Assembly: GCA_046563655.1 (NCBI GenBank)
Contig: CM102290.1
Span: 1,116,001 to 1,180,000 of the forward strand
Length of the DNA: 64,000 nucleotides
From: Yuukianura sp. NJ FZ-2021
Taxonomy: Eukaryota
Direction: 5' to 3'
Shown here: piece by piece, positions 37,752-50,300 of the stretch
Position numbering within the stretch: the stretch's first letter is position 1
How the letters are laid out: every line of letters begins with the position of its first letter
The notes under the pieces: generated by a model
The model's database searches: none
The model's input: the letters and a program-made list of their open reading frames with translations, nothing else
What the model was told of the DNA's origin: nothing
Program-made: the position numbers and the translations under genes

Positions 37752-40449
37752 TCCGCAAACGTTCCTGCTGAGTACGGGGAGGTTACTGGAATGAGTGGAA
37801 TAATGGCTGCTGGAGGAAGCGAAACTGATGATTCCCGGAGACTTCCATTTCGTAGCTCACGAACTATGAAGTAGAACCTGTTGTGAGACAATGATGGTGA
37901 CTCAGAGACAAGGCAGAAAGCGTTCCTGAATTTGGCGTAGGCTTTCCACTAGAAGGTTCCTTTCAAAATAAAACAATTACTTAGTTATGTAATAGTTACT
38001 TTTGCATAATTAATATATAATATTTGATTAACATAATTTATCGTTTGTAATATCAAAGCACACCTTCCTAAAATCAAGGCCATGTCTTCTGGAATATATC
38101 GGATTTTGTTGTCTCCAAAACGCTTCCCGTACTTGTATGTACTCCAGAGCTTCCATGGCACTTTCTCGGAGCTCAGTAGTGGCGTGACCAGACTTGTTGT
38201 CTCGAAGATCCGGCATGCTCAGAAACTTCGTTAAGTACTTTTTATCCCGGTAGATTTGGCCTAACACTTCCCGAGAGATCCAGCGATCGCTTTTCTTCAA
38301 TGATATCGTGGTCCCCATGAAGTCGGACATCGCTTCAGGAGAAGAGTGCTGCCCACTGGATTTTTCTGCAATATTTCCCGCATGGAGCTCGATAATGGCA
38401 AGGCATAATCCTAGTTTTGATTAATTTTCATTATAACCTAATTTGGGCTTACGATTTTTGAATTTGTCCATTTCATAAATTATGGGAAGAATCTCGTCTA
38501 TTTCGTCAAGTTTCGTTGCTGAACGATCTGAAATTTAAAAAGCAGTTAGTCGCAAGCCCCGCTTCTGTAATTTACGGAAAGAAAATTTTTGTTAATCTAT
38601 TATATACTAATGAGAAGTTACAAGTGTGAGGTAATTCCGGAATTGAATAGTTACTACTAATTGATTTGTTTACTCTCAAAGATTGAAGTGACAGTATTGG
38701 CTAAAACTCTCTAAAATGTAAATTCTTCCTAAGGATAACGACCCCCCAATCTTTCTAGAGTATTTTACTTTTGTAGAAAGTTAGGCTAAACATTACGACG
38801 ATTGAACGGGCCTTGGCGAAGCCACAGCAAGCACGCTTGTAATAGTCACCTCAGTTTTGACAAAAATTAATTTCAGTTTTTACCTCCAATACACTTTTCA
38901 ATGGCCTCCTGACACTTTTGAATTCCAATTCTAAATACTTCCATTTCTTTCCTCAAACGATGTCCTCTGTGAAAGGCAATGAGGGCTGATTCAAAATCTC
39001 CTAAATTGTACAGTGCTTCAGCATATTGGTATAATCCAGCCATGAAGTTGTTGTTTGTATCGCTGTCACAGGACGCTTTGGCATCTTTGAGGGCCGACAC
39101 GGCGTCTCCAAGTTTCAAATAACATTGACTGCGGGCAACAAGTGCTGCTCGATGATTTGGCTGCAGTTCCAATGCCTATAACATTCACCAAATTATTAAA
39201 ACTCAAGTAAAGCTTTTAAAAACACAAATGAACGTTGGTCTTGGGAACAATTTTTATCGTTGCAGGAAGGACACGATTCCAACTTTCTCTTTTTTCCAAT
39301 TTCAAAATTTGAAAATCTCGCTCAAGTTGAATGAAGTGGAGTTTAAAATTCGTTCCGATTTAGCATGGTCAATCTAATTGTGCTACCCTGGCCATAAAGA
39401 ATCGTTAGGAAAAGAGAAATCAAGTGAAATGAAACCTTATCCAAAGTGCTCAAGGCCATTGATATGTCCTTAATCCTCATTTGATGTGACGCTTCGTTGA
39501 GAAGCATGTCGGACAAGAAGTCTTCACGACTCAGAAGGTCCGTTGAGACGCAGAGCTTGCGCTCTCGTTTCTTCTTGGCACGCAGTGACTGTTTGATGTC
39601 TCTCGATCCCAGAGTCACTGCTGCTGCCCGGTCTTTGTCCGTGTACTCTTCTTCGCGTCGCTTCCGACGGCGACCGTGAAACCGTCGAAATCGTCTTAAC
39701 TGCCGATCTTCCTTTGCATCTTGTGATGCCAAGGACATCTTCCTAATCTCATTCATCAAACTCCCTGCAGGCGACGAACGACGACGGGCAGGCGTAGAAG
39801 CTCCACTGCTGGTGCCTCCTGAAGTTGCGGACACAACCGGAAAGCTTAGATCTTATTAGTAACCAAGTATTTCCTAACGTTCGTTGACAACGAAAACTTA
39901 ATTTTCTTTAACAGGTTGGGTACCACCTCGAAAACGAAAAAAAAAATTAGTACCAAGTTAGTACCAACCCAGAAAAAATTGGTACCAATTCGATGCAAAA
40001 AAAAATAGCTGTTTTGTTATGACTAAGATGCCTGGAAATGAAAAGATACTTTTTTTTTTTGCAAAATCGAAAAAACATAAGGTACTACCCAAACTGCTAA
40101 AAGAAAATCACGTCAACAAACCTTGGTATTTCCCTTAAAAGTACAAATTAGTATAACTAAAGTTACCTTTACTGGCACTCCTTTCCATCGGAATGCCAGA
40201 AAAACTGGGACCAGCAATTGTTTGCAGTGCAATTACTTTTGTCATCGATGGACTTACGACAGCCTGCTGCCGTTTGACCTGCGCCAACGTCGTGAAGTCT
40301 ACTTTCTTATTAGCAGAGGTTAGGTTGGCATCACCTTCCTTCCCTGTCAAATCACCTAAGCTTACAACTAGTTTCCGTTCAGTCTGAACGTTTTCACCAG
40401 AAATTTTTTCGGGATACTTGATAACGACCTCAGTATCTTCGAAGGACAT
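37673..40449 (-). CDS. TTC25: TTC25/ODAD4-like tetratricopeptide-repeat protein with long N-terminal extension, apparently lacking the C-terminal TPR array; last exon uncertain
   Basis: Exons 40449-40167, 39851-39436, 39175-38884, 38527-38453, 38365 (or 38410)-38064, then either 37948-37673 or 37959-37864. Motifs ALVARSQCYLKLGD, GLYQYAEALYNLGDFESALIAFHRGHRLR, FRIGIQKCQEAI, LGQIYRDKKYL and FWRQQNPIYSR are characteristic of the TTC25 N-terminal half. Confidence 0.78.
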
Positions 40450-43400
40450 GGTAGAAAACTTGACCTCACAAACAACGCCTGGGTCTACTCTTGATGGAAA
40501 AATCGATTTGTGTCAAAAGCCTAACCGCCAAAAATTAACGCAGACAATATAATCAGATTATGAAAGAACAAGTGAACATGGCTCAACAACCAAACGCTTT
40601 CGTCAAAGATATCTACCAAACAAAATTGAATCAATACGGGCCATTCCAAATCCTTACCACGGCGCACCTTTTGATGCCGTACTGCGGAAACCCAGTTGCC
40701 GCAATAACATTAATGTCTAAAACTACCGCACTAGCTTTGTGGCCTGTTTGGAACAACATGGAAGCATCTTAACCCACCGCTACATACAGTATTAGTAAAA
40801 GTTGCACCTTCACAACAAGTAACTCAAAAAAAAATTTTCGCGTCTGTAACGCGAGAATTTTTTTTTTACAAATACAATAAGTGCAAATGTTCAGGATTTT
40901 TAAACCAGAAAATGTAAAGCCGGCAAACATCGAAATTTTGTTAGCCGGATCAGGGTGAAAACTTGCCTGATTGAAATTGAGTACAGCTTTCTCCAGGTCT
41001 CTGGGACGCCTTGAGTACATTCCCCCTTCGTCCATGAACCGGAAAAACGTTGATTTTGAAAGCGTTTGCTTCTTTTTACTGTCTTTGGAACAATGTCTCC
41101 TGGACATGTTGAGTCTACAACGCCTGAACGCAAATGCGACTAAACTGTTGAAAACGTTTCATGTTAAACCCCGGGAGACAAAGATCCAAGTGACATCCGA
41201 ACTGTACCCCACAGAGTTGATTAATGGAGCAAAAATGTTTAAGAAATTGTGTGGGATGACGGGAAATGATGGTTTCCTCGGTGTAATCATGATAACGCAC
41301 GATTTAGCTTTCTCCTCCAATTACAATGTGATTTTGTTAATCACATTATTAAGAAAGCTTTAAGCTGATGAAGAAGCATGCAACGCAGAACGATCGTAGC
41401 ACTGCTACTACTGCAGTAGTACACAACTACTATATTTTGGTGACCTTACATCTCACCGTCCAAGGAACAGAGACCATTTTTCCATTTCTGATGCCCATTT
41501 TCTCACAATCTAATTTCATCTCCTACATGTTCCATGTCTTTCGGCTATTAACTGAGACAGGGATCAAATTGCATTGAAACCCAGCAGGCTTCTTTCGGTT
41601 AGGTTTGAATGCTTTCCTCAAGGTTTGTTCCGGAAAAGCATAAAACCAAAAGGAAATTACGAAATCGGAACCTACAGTTTCATCAAACGCATTTTAACAC
41701 CGGACTTTGCAGAATAAATTGAAAATTATATTGTGGGTTGACGAATTCGTACGACGCAAAAACTCAGAAACCAAGGATTTAAATTACAAATATTTAATGA
41801 ATGTCCTTTTAACACATGAAAACTGATGGAAAACGCAAACATTCAAAATAAGTGGTCTGGTTTAGATTATGTTTGAATTATTTAATTTGCCACATGGATC
41901 GTCGAATAAATAATATGACATAGTCACCTCAAGTATTTCTAGGAGGAGATGGATTAAGATTATTTTGAGTTAAATTATATATAAAGCCATGATGACAGGG
42001 ATCTTCCAAGAATATTTCTAACTTGACTCTGTGCAGTAACAAGTTAACTTTAAATATGATACTTTTACAAAATACGTTCAAATTTTATAATTTCTCCTAG
42101 CCTGGTAACAACTCGGAACATTTCGCTAGGAACCCCAATAGATTTTTTTTGCATTGGTAATCTATTCCATATAGTTCCGATTCGGTTGGGTGGGGCAACG
42201 GCAATCCAATGTTTTAAACGCTTGAAGTTATTGAGAACTGAAAAAACCAATTGTGAAATTTCTTAAGTAAAAAAAATGATCCTAAATCAGTATAAATTAT
42301 TACTACTAAAACTGGAGTTTTTACAAGTAAAAACATGAGTTTTCATTGAAATTTTTTTCAACATTAAAGAACAGATTTTAGTAGAAAACCTTGACGGCGC
42401 AACTTTAACAATTTTGATTTGTACAGATGATGTACAACAATTTTGATGTATTATTATGAGATCTCCTTCAGAGTTCCTCAATCTTGTAACTGTAAACAAT
42501 TTTTCAAATTCCTAAACAAAAATTACAAATTAAACGGGAGAGATTTTAAGCCAGCTCTGAGAAAAAGTAATAATTATTCCCTACTTTATTCACTTTTCCC
42601 ATGTTAATTTTACCAAACCAAGTGACACGGATCCGATCTGTGTTTGGTAAAAACTTCCTGCAACTTGCAAGTACAACAGGTGGAATTTGGCAAATAAAAT
42701 ATCAGAGCAAAAAAGCACTTCTAAACCATGCAATTCTTTGATAATGATAACTAAATCGGTTAGTGCCATAGTACATGACCAATATTTGAATGCCTGAAAT
42801 GATGTGTTGCTGGATGGATGAAATACTTTTTTCCACTCTGTTTGAAGGTGGAGAATATTTCCGGATTTTGTTGGTTTCTTCCGGACGAAACTCAATTTCG
42901 TCCGCCAGCAACTGGATTTTATCCAGTTTTATCCATTTATCTAGTGGATATGACCAGGACAAAAGGTTAAACAAGTGGATATCCAGAAACTGCTGAAATT
43001 ATATATCTGATCTTAATAGAAACTGGGCAACAATTTTGTTGATGAGAACAACGACAACATGTGGATGATTACCACACCTACCTACATTTCCACCACATTT
43101 GTTCAAATGAATCGGTCCTAAAGCAAATGGTTATGAAAGTTAATTCAAAGCCAATTGCATTAGAACAAATTTTCAAAACTATTGGCGTAGAACCAAGAAC
43201 CAATGGAGTGTCTTCTCCTAATACCGTTGTGTCGACAAGCTAAACGGCTTTGTAACACGATTCCTCAACTCAGGTTATTAACTATTCATAAAATTATGTC
43301 CAGCTTAGCCAAAGTGTCGCAACATAATAAACTGATAAAAACAAAGTATACCAATTCTAAAAGAGTTGAAACTCGAGTTAAAAACATAACCTTAAATGTT

Positions 43401-44359
43401 AAAGCTTGTGAAGCCTCGGTATAAACATTACTTTAAGAAACTGACTAGCATTACATATCGAGTAGAGTATCTGTACCTTACATTATTTATATAGTACATA
43501 CCGTTTCTAGCTACAAATTTTAAAAACATGGAATCCTTGAGCACGGAGCACCCAACAACTGTATGCATATAACTAGGTTTTCGATCAATCCTGTATCCAA
43601 GCAACAATGAAGTGTTCACTTACAAAATTACACTCACGATCTGAATTATAATTTAACGTACGCCGTTGTATCGAAAGCAAAAACCAAACGCCCGATACTG
43701 CGTCGCTTCTATACGCAACAAATTCCTCCCGTTTTCGGACATCTCTCTTAGGATTGCTTATAATAGCAAATGGCGGGATTTAGGAGACACAATTACAGTA
43801 AGTTTGGCTCATTATTTGTCTGAATTGAGTTGAACTTCTCAGGAGATCTGCCACAAAAACATGACTTCGGTAATAGGCTGCCCGAATTTTGGCCAGCGAC
43901 CTGGCCATCATGCAACAGTATAAGTAACAAGAGGCATGCACACTGCCTCATACCGTAAAGTTAGTATTCATAGCATAACCTAACATATTTCAAGCAACAA
44001 TTTAGCATGTTACTTGTACCAGAAAAAATTTGTTACAAGAACATCTCCGCCCCAGTCTAACAACTCCCGTAAAATCGTTTTCAATTTTCATGCAATCCTA
44101 AATATATCTAAAGTGTTACGCTCTTTTGACAAGAATAGAATTGATTGATTGTATTGAATACTTATAATTAACTAAACATACTTATTACAATTCACTACCA
44201 ATACAATGTAGACCAACTATGGTAGTATATATAATATTTGTGAGATACCTTTACTCTGAAAGCAATAACTTTACTAAATAGACTTACGTAGACGGTGTAG
44301 GAAGTTGATTGTTGCTGAAAGTTTCATTTTAGAACGATGAGACTGTAGTACTGTAGTGA

Positions 44360-47300
44360 TTACAGTAAGAACCCCAGCCCAGCTGATGATGGCGGATTCT
44401 TCTTGCTTCCTAATGGGGTGTCCATTTTGGACATAATCTTGGACAGGAGATCAACTGGAGCACTAGCTTCAAACAACTTCCGACTCACATTGCTCCCATT
44501 CTTCTTCAGAATTATTTCTCCTAGAGCTGAGCTTTCGTTTGCGGATCCCTTCGTACCTTCGCAGCCTCCAGTATTAGACTTCTTAGCTGCACTTGGATCT
44601 TGAGCAGCACCTTCCGTTGATACGTTTCCCACGGCTTCTAAGGGCTGTTTCACCTTCCCATCCCCGATTCCTTTGGAATGAGAGCTTGAAGAGCTCTGTC
44701 GTACTTTATCACGGTCACGGTGGTGGCTGTTCTTGCTTTTGCCGTGACTTTCAGAGGGGCGATCCTTCTTGGAAGAGTCCTTTTTCGAAGTATTCGAATC
44801 TGTATTAGCATCCTTCGGATTAGCATCCGTTGGCTTCTTCACAGCTAATTGGTCTGCATTGTTGTCTACCGAACCATCTTTACTACTTTTGGAAGAAACA
44901 TCCACCGATTCTTTGTTTTTAGATCGTTCTGCCGAGCTTTGGCGGCGGTGGCTCGATGCATGTCGATCTGATGACGATGTTTTTTCGGAATGCTTGGATG
45001 AAGAATGAGAACTTGATCCGTGATGACTCTTGCTTCTGGAACTAGAAGAATGTCCATCCTTTCGGTCCTTTGAATGATGATGGGAGGACGAAGAAGATTT
45101 ATGCCCTGACTTACTAGACCCATTTCCATGGCTGCTGGAACTTTCATCCTTTGACCGTACTTTATTCTTGTCGTGGGAATTGGACGTAGTCTTTTCCCCC
45201 TCCAAAGTAGAGCTGGATTTGTGACGACTCTGATCACCATTTGGAGTTTTCGATGAATGAGAAGATCGCTTCTCCGACGTATTGCTGCTGGACTTATCCT
45301 TATGGGATCCATGTGTTGTTCCTGACTTGCTAGAGCTATGGCGACGAGATTCTGATGTGGAATGACTCGACTTGTGTACTTTTTCTGAGTGCCGAGACAC
45401 AGAAGATTCACTGTGTTTGGTTGGCTTAGTGGTGTCCGATGTATCTCCAGCGCCTTCTACCGACGATTCAATCTTGACAGAACTCTTGTCTCGTCTTTCG
45501 TCTGACCTATGTCGCTCTTTATCAGTCTTCTGCGATTTGTGTTTACTGTCACCACTTGATCGTTTTCTATCTTTGTCCTTCCTGTCTGACTTATTTTCGC
45601 TGGATTTGTGAACATGTCCGTTGGTCCCGCTTCCTCTATTTTCCTTGCTCTTTGTATGTTCTGTCTTTGATTTCTTCTTCAGTACGTCATTCTTAGACGT
45701 TGGTTTGCCTTCTTTGCTTTTGTGACGAACGGTTGGAAATTTAGATGTCTTTACAAGTTCAGGTACCCAATCCTCGTCGTCGTAGTCTTTACGTGGTTTC
45801 TTTTCTGGTCGCTTCGTAATCGGAAAATGTCTAGCCGCTTCAGCCCGAGGAGGATTTGTGGGAGGTTTCCTAATCAGTTCTCCAGTAGAACTCACTCGAA
45901 CTTCCGGCTGAAGTACAGGCATTGAGTTTGGTTGATAGTACTGCTTAAGTCGAACATGCCACGCTGAAAGGTTACAAAAAAACTATTCAGTAAACAAGGT
46001 TATGGGTGCCGCTAAATGTAGGTTTTTATGTCGCCTACCTATACTTGTTACTGCTGTCACTGTCCGAAATTGATGAATAATGTTGCGCGGAAGAAAATAA
46101 ATACAATTGTCTTCAAGCTGGATTCTGGCATAACGTATGCCTTCCCTTCGCAGTTGGTTCAATTTCGCATCTTCTACCCATTGAATGCACTGAAAGAACA
46201 AATGGTATTATTTGAGATTGGAATGGCAAAAATCAAGTCTAGGAAAAAACAAGACAAGGAAGAACTGTATTAATTACCTGAGAAATGGGAGGTTCATGTA
46301 GATCTAACTGCAACTTTTCGACAAGCGTGTAGAAATCCGCTGCATGAAACGCCACCACATCTTTGGTAATTCGATTTAGTTGGTACGGTTCACCGCAATG
46401 GACGGCTTTCAGCACTCCTAAAAGAGAGTTTAATGTAACCAATGAATGACAAATACCGATTGGTTCATGATAATCTTCATACCAACGGCAGCACAAGTAC
46501 GTCTTTCAATTCCATTGTCGACATGATCAGCGTGACATTTAGTCCGGTCCTCACACATCATTTCCCTGGCCTCGGACACTCTTGGAACATACAGAAGATT
46601 CCGTAGTTCATTGATCCCAGTGCTATAAAGTACAAATGATACATATCTGTAAATCAAACTGTCATCATATGTAATGTGTGAAGACAAAAAACCCGAAACC
46701 CAGTCCCAAACTGCTTCCGTTTGCCAACTTTTGCTTATGTCTTAAGAAACAGAACAGTGATCAAGGTCCGACACCAATGTCACCGTAGGGGAACATGAGT
46801 CTGGACAGCGATGGCATACCGTTTTCGTTTAGACGGAGATCCTTTATCTCGTTCTGTAGGAATTAGTTGCTCGCCAGGACGTATCCAGAAGATGGGGCCA
46901 TCGTTGGAATCTTGCGGCCTAATACCGTGTATAATTGAGTCGTCTCCCCACGGCATCGTCTACCGGAAGAACAAAAACAATCAGCTGACGTTACGTACTA
47001 ACTTTTACTAGAGACATTTTTGATTTGGTTACCTTTTTCAAAAACGAATTTTGTTCCAACAACGAGAGTAAGTCTGGGAAATAGCCACCGCTTTCTTCTC
47101 CTACTGCTCCTACCAAGCTAATTTGTTGCAATGGACCATACCGGAATGTACCACTGGAGTAATGGGCGTGAACCTAAACCAATAAAGACTTTAATAATAT
47201 TTTTCATTAATAGCGATTATGATACCTGCTGGTTCACATATCACATATCATATTTGTTCACAAAATTGTTTTATCACTGCCACATACTCCTGGCAACCTA

Positions 47301-50300
47301 ACTGTAAAAAAATAGTGGAGTTTTTCTACCAAGCTATCAGCGAAAAAAAACGAACGTTTTTGCAGAAATCTCAAGTTGCCCCAACCAAGGCAACTAAACA
47401 AAAAGACACACCGCATTACTATTATAAACAATCCGCCCCACCAAAAAATTTCACCCAAAAAGCTGAAAAAACCGCTCGTGAGACTACCTTATGCTCGTAA
47501 CATAATGCCGGATCACGGTGATCCGATCATGAAAAGTTGAACCGATCACCCTGATCCCTATACATAATGAGTCTCGAGGTCATCGGTGACCCGCTCACGT
47601 AAACCTCGGATCAAAAATTTGTTTGATCCCTCGCTCAGGGTTATATTCGTATACATAAAAAAAGTAAACCGGATCACTATGATCGGGATCAAAATTCGTG
47701 ACCCTGGTATAGGGGTAGGTTCACCACTTGATTCAACTGGAATTATTTTAATTTTTGTTTAGTATATTCTTTTCCCACGAGTTAAGCGTTCAGTTTTATT
47801 AAGGAGTTTGCGTTATAAATGTCAGAAAAAACTTATAGAATTTATAGAACTAAAGTTTTTATATAAATTTCAACTTTTGTACAGTTTGCGTCAACTGACT
47901 CTATAAAAATTATGGAACTTAAAACGCAGTGTGTCTGCGCAGTATATGCGCAGTGCTTGCGCAGTGCGCAGTGCTTGCGCAGTGCGCAGTGCTTGCGCAG
48001 TACTTGGGCAGTGCGCAGTGCTTGCGCAGTACTTGCGCAGTGCGCAGTGCTTGTGCAGTACTTGGGCAGTGCGCAGTGCTTGCGCAGTGCGCAGTACTTG
48101 CGCAGTGCGCAGTGCTTGCGCAGTGCGCAGTGCTTGCGCAGTGCGCAGTGCTTGCGCAGTACTTGCGCAGTGCGCAGTGCTTGCGCAGTGCGCAGTGCTT
48201 GCGCAGTGCGCAGTGCTCGCGCAGTGCTTGCGCAGTGCGCAGTGCTTGCGCAGTACTTGCGCAGTGCGCAGTGGTTGCGCAGTGCTCGCGCAGTGCTTGC
48301 GCAGTACTAGCGCAGTGCTTGCGCAGTATATGCACAGCATGGCCGCATTTTGTCCCATTAGTTTCCTATTTTGTTCAGAAATTAATTGAATCATTAACTA
48401 TTTCGTTAATTACTTTAATAAAACACAACAAAAATGGTGTTGTGTTATAGAAAGTTTTAAAACTTTGCCACCTGAAAATAAAAGGAGCATTAAACTTGTC
48501 ACATTTTTAATCAACATAATACATTGTTGTTGAAGTATTTAAATGTGGCATGTAAAAATGAGTAATCCGATGATCACGTTCAGGTGAACCGGATTTACAA
48601 ATCCACCGCTCAAGATTATATTATGTATACCGTTCACGGATTAGTGTGATCCTGACCCCCGGATCGGTCTCACCAAATCCTGATCCGTAGGTTACGGGTG
48701 AACCGTCATTATGTATACGGGCATTAGTAATGCGGTGTGTCTTTTTGTTTAGTTGCCTTGGTCCCAACTACATTCGAGATTGAATGAACATTGTTTATTA
48801 AGTAGCGAAAGTATGAGCTACTTTATGTTTTTCCCCGAGTCTGTCTGTCTGTCCGTCTGTCCGTCTGTCCGTCCGTCTGCTGGTCAAGCTACCTCTGGAA
48901 CCGCTGGACCGATTTTCAATCTGTCTTTACAGATGAACTTGACATGGTCTGGGGGTGAACAATCGGTGACCCGTTTGACCGGAAGTAGACCCCTTAAGGG
49001 TCAAAGGTCAAGGTCAAATACATTTTTGACAGAAATCGAGAAAATGACCTCTACAAAAGTTGTTCATCTCATTGAACTGAACAACTTTTGTATAGGTGAC
49101 CTTGACCTTTGACCTGGGGTTCTGGAGATATAGACCTTAGAAGTTGCATAATGGGGTCGCTCGTGCTATTCGCGTCTATAACTCCAGAACCACTGGAGCG
49201 ATTTTCAATCTGTCTTCACATTTCTACTTCACATATTCCAGGGGTGTCTAATCAGTATCCAGCTTGACCGGATGTTGTCCAGGTCCGGGTCAAAGGTCAA
49301 GGTCAAATACAATTTTGACAGAAATCGGGAAAATGACCTATACAAAAGTTGTTCATCTCATCGAGACGAACAACTTTTGTACAGGTGACCTTGACCTTTG
49401 ACCTAGGGTTCTGGAGATATAGACCTTGGAAGTTGCATAATGGCGTCGCCCATGCTATTCGCGTCTATAACTCCAGAACCACTGGACCGATTTTCAATCT
49501 GTTTCCACATTTGCGTTTCACATATTCCAGGGGTGTCTAATCAGTGTCCAGCTTGACCGGAAGTTGTCCATGTCAAGGTCAAAGGTCAAGGTCAAATACT
49601 TTATTTACGGAATTCGAAAAAATGACTTCTACAAAAGTTGTTTATCTCATTAGGCTGAACAACTTTTGTAAAGGTGACATTGACCTTTGATCTACGGTCA
49701 CAGAGATACAGACGATAGAAGTTGCAAAATTGCGTCCCTCGTCCTACTCGGGGAAGCATGACCTACTTTATGTTTTTCCCCGAGTCTGGCTGTCTGTCTG
49801 TCTGTCCGTCTGCTTGTCTGCCTGTCTGTCCGTCTGCCTGTCTGCACTATAACTATACCTCCGAAACCCCTGGACCGATTTGCAATCTGTCTTCGTAAAT
49901 CGGTTTGTCATAGCCTGGGGGTGATTAATACGGCTCCGGTTTGACCGGAAGTGCACAAAATCCGGATTGTGTGCTCTAGCTTCCTTTCGCTACTTACGTA
50001 CGGCGTTTACTACGGTTTATTGAACAACAGAAGGTAAATAACTAAAGTCAAAAATATTTTAAAATGAATTTAAAAATGAATTTTAAAAAATCAGAAAAGG
50101 CTCGTAATTGACTTTTCAGTTTTTTTTAAATGTCATTTCTTAAATTAATTTCAAACATTTTGAACTTTGTTAATTGTATTCTTCAAACAATCTTGAATGT
50201 AGTTGGGGCGATGCGAGACTTGCAAAAACTTTCGTTTTTTTCTCTGATCGCTTAGAAGAAAAACTTCACTAGTTTTATTTAACGTTAGGTCGCCAGCAGT

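Noticed and set aside
38411..38452. Unusually short 42-nt intron in the TTC25-like gene
   Set aside because: An in-phase downstream acceptor (tattgcag| at 38365) gives an ordinary 87-nt intron, so a micro-intron need not be invoked.
44403..45925. Plus-strand and alternative-frame ORFs over the RSBN1 last exon, and the acidic ORF at 51834-52100 (+)
   Set aside because: They are shadow ORFs of low-complexity Ser-rich coding sequence on the minus strand.
47891..48450. Five overlapping 130-170-aa ORFs (CASTAH/ALRTAQ/AVRSAC repeats) and a superficially CRISPR-like repeat array
   Set aside because: These are translations of a stop-free minisatellite inside a transposon in an intron. There are no unique spacers or cas genes, and the context is eukaryotic.
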